Shown here: positions 63,096-64,000 of the stretch, piece after piece
Layout of the letters: each line of letters opens with the position of its first letter
Position numbering within the stretch: the stretch's first letter is position 1
Origin: a virus
Taxonomy: Duplodnaviria > Heunggongvirae > Uroviricota > Caudoviricetes
DNA length: 64,000 nucleotides
IMG/VR virus record: IMGVR_UViG_3300012347_000364
Location: 158,826-222,825 of that record
Strand: one strand, 5' to 3'
Position numbers and translations under genes: made by a program
Notes under the pieces: model-generated
The model's database searches: none
What the model saw: the letters and a program-made list of their open reading frames with translations, nothing else
Told to the model about the DNA's origin: nothing

Positions 63096-63707
63096 ATGTC
63101 AAACGTGTTCGTTGTAAGCGATACGCACTTCGGTCACGTTGGCGTATGTCGCTTCATGCAAAATGATGGAGTAACTAAACTCCGTCCCTGGGACAGTCCG
63201 GAAGAAATGGATGAGGCAATGGTTAAGTCTTGGAACGAGACTGTTGGCCCAAACGATAAAGTATATCATCTCGGTGATGTGGTAATTAACCGACGTGCTC
63301 TTAGCACTGTTGCAAGACTTAATGGTGACAAGGTCCTTATTAAAGGGAACCACGACATCTTCCGTCTTGAAGAGTATACTACATACTTCAGAGATGTTAG
63401 AGCGTATCATGTGATGAGTGGAATGATCCTCAGCCACATTCCGGTTCACGCCGATAGCCTTGCTAGATTTGGCTGCAACATCCATGGCCACCTTCACGCC
63501 AACCGTGTAATGAAGCCAATCGGTGTTGATGCTCGAACTGGTGTGGTAAAGTATGGCAATCAAATTGATCCTAGATACTTCAACGTCTCTGTCGAGCAGA
63601 TTGGTTTTAAGCCAATTGCCCTCGAAGAGCTCAAGAAGCGTATTATTGAGCAGGGTGGTGAAATATCTTTCCGTCAAGGAAATGGTTCAGCACCCGTTGT
63701 CATGTAA
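63096..63707 (+). CDS. Calcineurin-like metallophosphoesterase
   Basis: SDTHFGH, HLGD, GNHD, SH.P, HGHLH. Confidence 0.9.
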   Translation: MSNVFVVSDTHFGHVGVCRFMQNDGVTKLRPWDSPEEMDEAMVKSWNETVGPNDKVYHLGDVVINRRALSTVARLNGDKVLIKGNHDIFRLEEYTTYFRDVRAYHVMSGMILSHIPVHADSLARFGCNIHGHLHANRVMKPIGVDARTGVVKYGNQIDPRYFNVSVEQIGFKPIALEELKKRIIEQGGEISFRQGNGSAPVVM

Positions 63708-63723
63708 CCTATAAGGATATATA

Positions 63724-63915
63724 ATGTCTGAGAAGTATTCAAAGTTTGAAGAAGTTGTTTTGTCAATGAAAGACGACTTCGAAAAGTTTTATGATAAAGA
63801 AAATAATGCTGCCGGTGCTCGCGTCCGTAAGCACTTGCAGACTTTAGCAGTTCTCTGTAAAGAAGGTCGTAAAGACGTTACAGAAGTTAAGGCCGCTCGC
63901 GCTGCTGCTAAGTAA
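63724..63915 (+). CDS. Histone H1-like (Hc1-type) small protein
   Basis: DFEKFY.K.N.AAG.R.RK.LQ.L...K..RK.V pattern. Confidence 0.7.
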   Translation: MSEKYSKFEEVVLSMKDDFEKFYDKENNAAGARVRKHLQTLAVLCKEGRKDVTEVKAARAAAK

Positions 63916-63923
63916 CTATTAAT

Positions 63924-63998
63924 GCCTTGTTAGCTCAGGGGTAGAGCGTCTCCTTTACACGGAGAGGGTCGGCGGTTCGAAACCGTCACAAGGTACCA
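63924..63998 (+). tRNA. tRNA-Val(TAC)
   Basis: TCTCC-TTTACAC-GGAGA, ACCA. Confidence 0.92.
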
Positions 63999-64000
63999 AA

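Overview
This 64-kb window is part of a large T4-like (myovirus) phage genome, and essentially all genes lie on the + strand. Layout: (1) 1-14.2 kb: Asn/Thr-rich tail-fibre and virion proteins, a 2OG-Fe(II) oxygenase, a collagen-like fibre and a polyglycine adhesin. (2) 14.2-19.7 kb: an accessory island with two interleaved paralog families, two ThiD-family kinases and a CytX/NCS1-like transporter. (3) 19.8-33.7 kb: the T4 core morphogenesis block gp13-gp23 plus gp3. (4) 33.7-53.2 kb: uvsY/uvsW/gp55/gp47/gp46, peptide deformylase, a 7-deazaguanine DNA-modification set (QueE, FolE, DpdL-like, DpdA/TGT-like), nucleotide enzymes, gp45/44/62 and regA. (5) 53.2-64 kb: an array of about 40 tRNAs covering all 20 amino acids, packed with non-canonical structured RNAs. 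The most novel signals are in region 5. There is a 37-codon leader peptide containing all 20 amino acids, coupled to a terminator/antiterminator. There is a family of AGGAU..CAGCAA..AUCCUG 'clamp' RNAs enclosing circularly permuted tRNA bodies, and one linear tRNA-Asp carries the same clamp as an insertion. Repeated ~20-bp stems start in tRNA CCA ends. A basic peptide gene has its stop codon inside tRNA-Lys. An RF1-like release-factor gene (missed by the ORF track) is interrupted by an in-frame UGA at a Trp-equivalent position, and the array has a tRNA-Trp with a 4-bp anticodon stem. Together these suggest a regulated translation-rescue / anti-defence island. All calls were made by eye, with no database searches or folding software.
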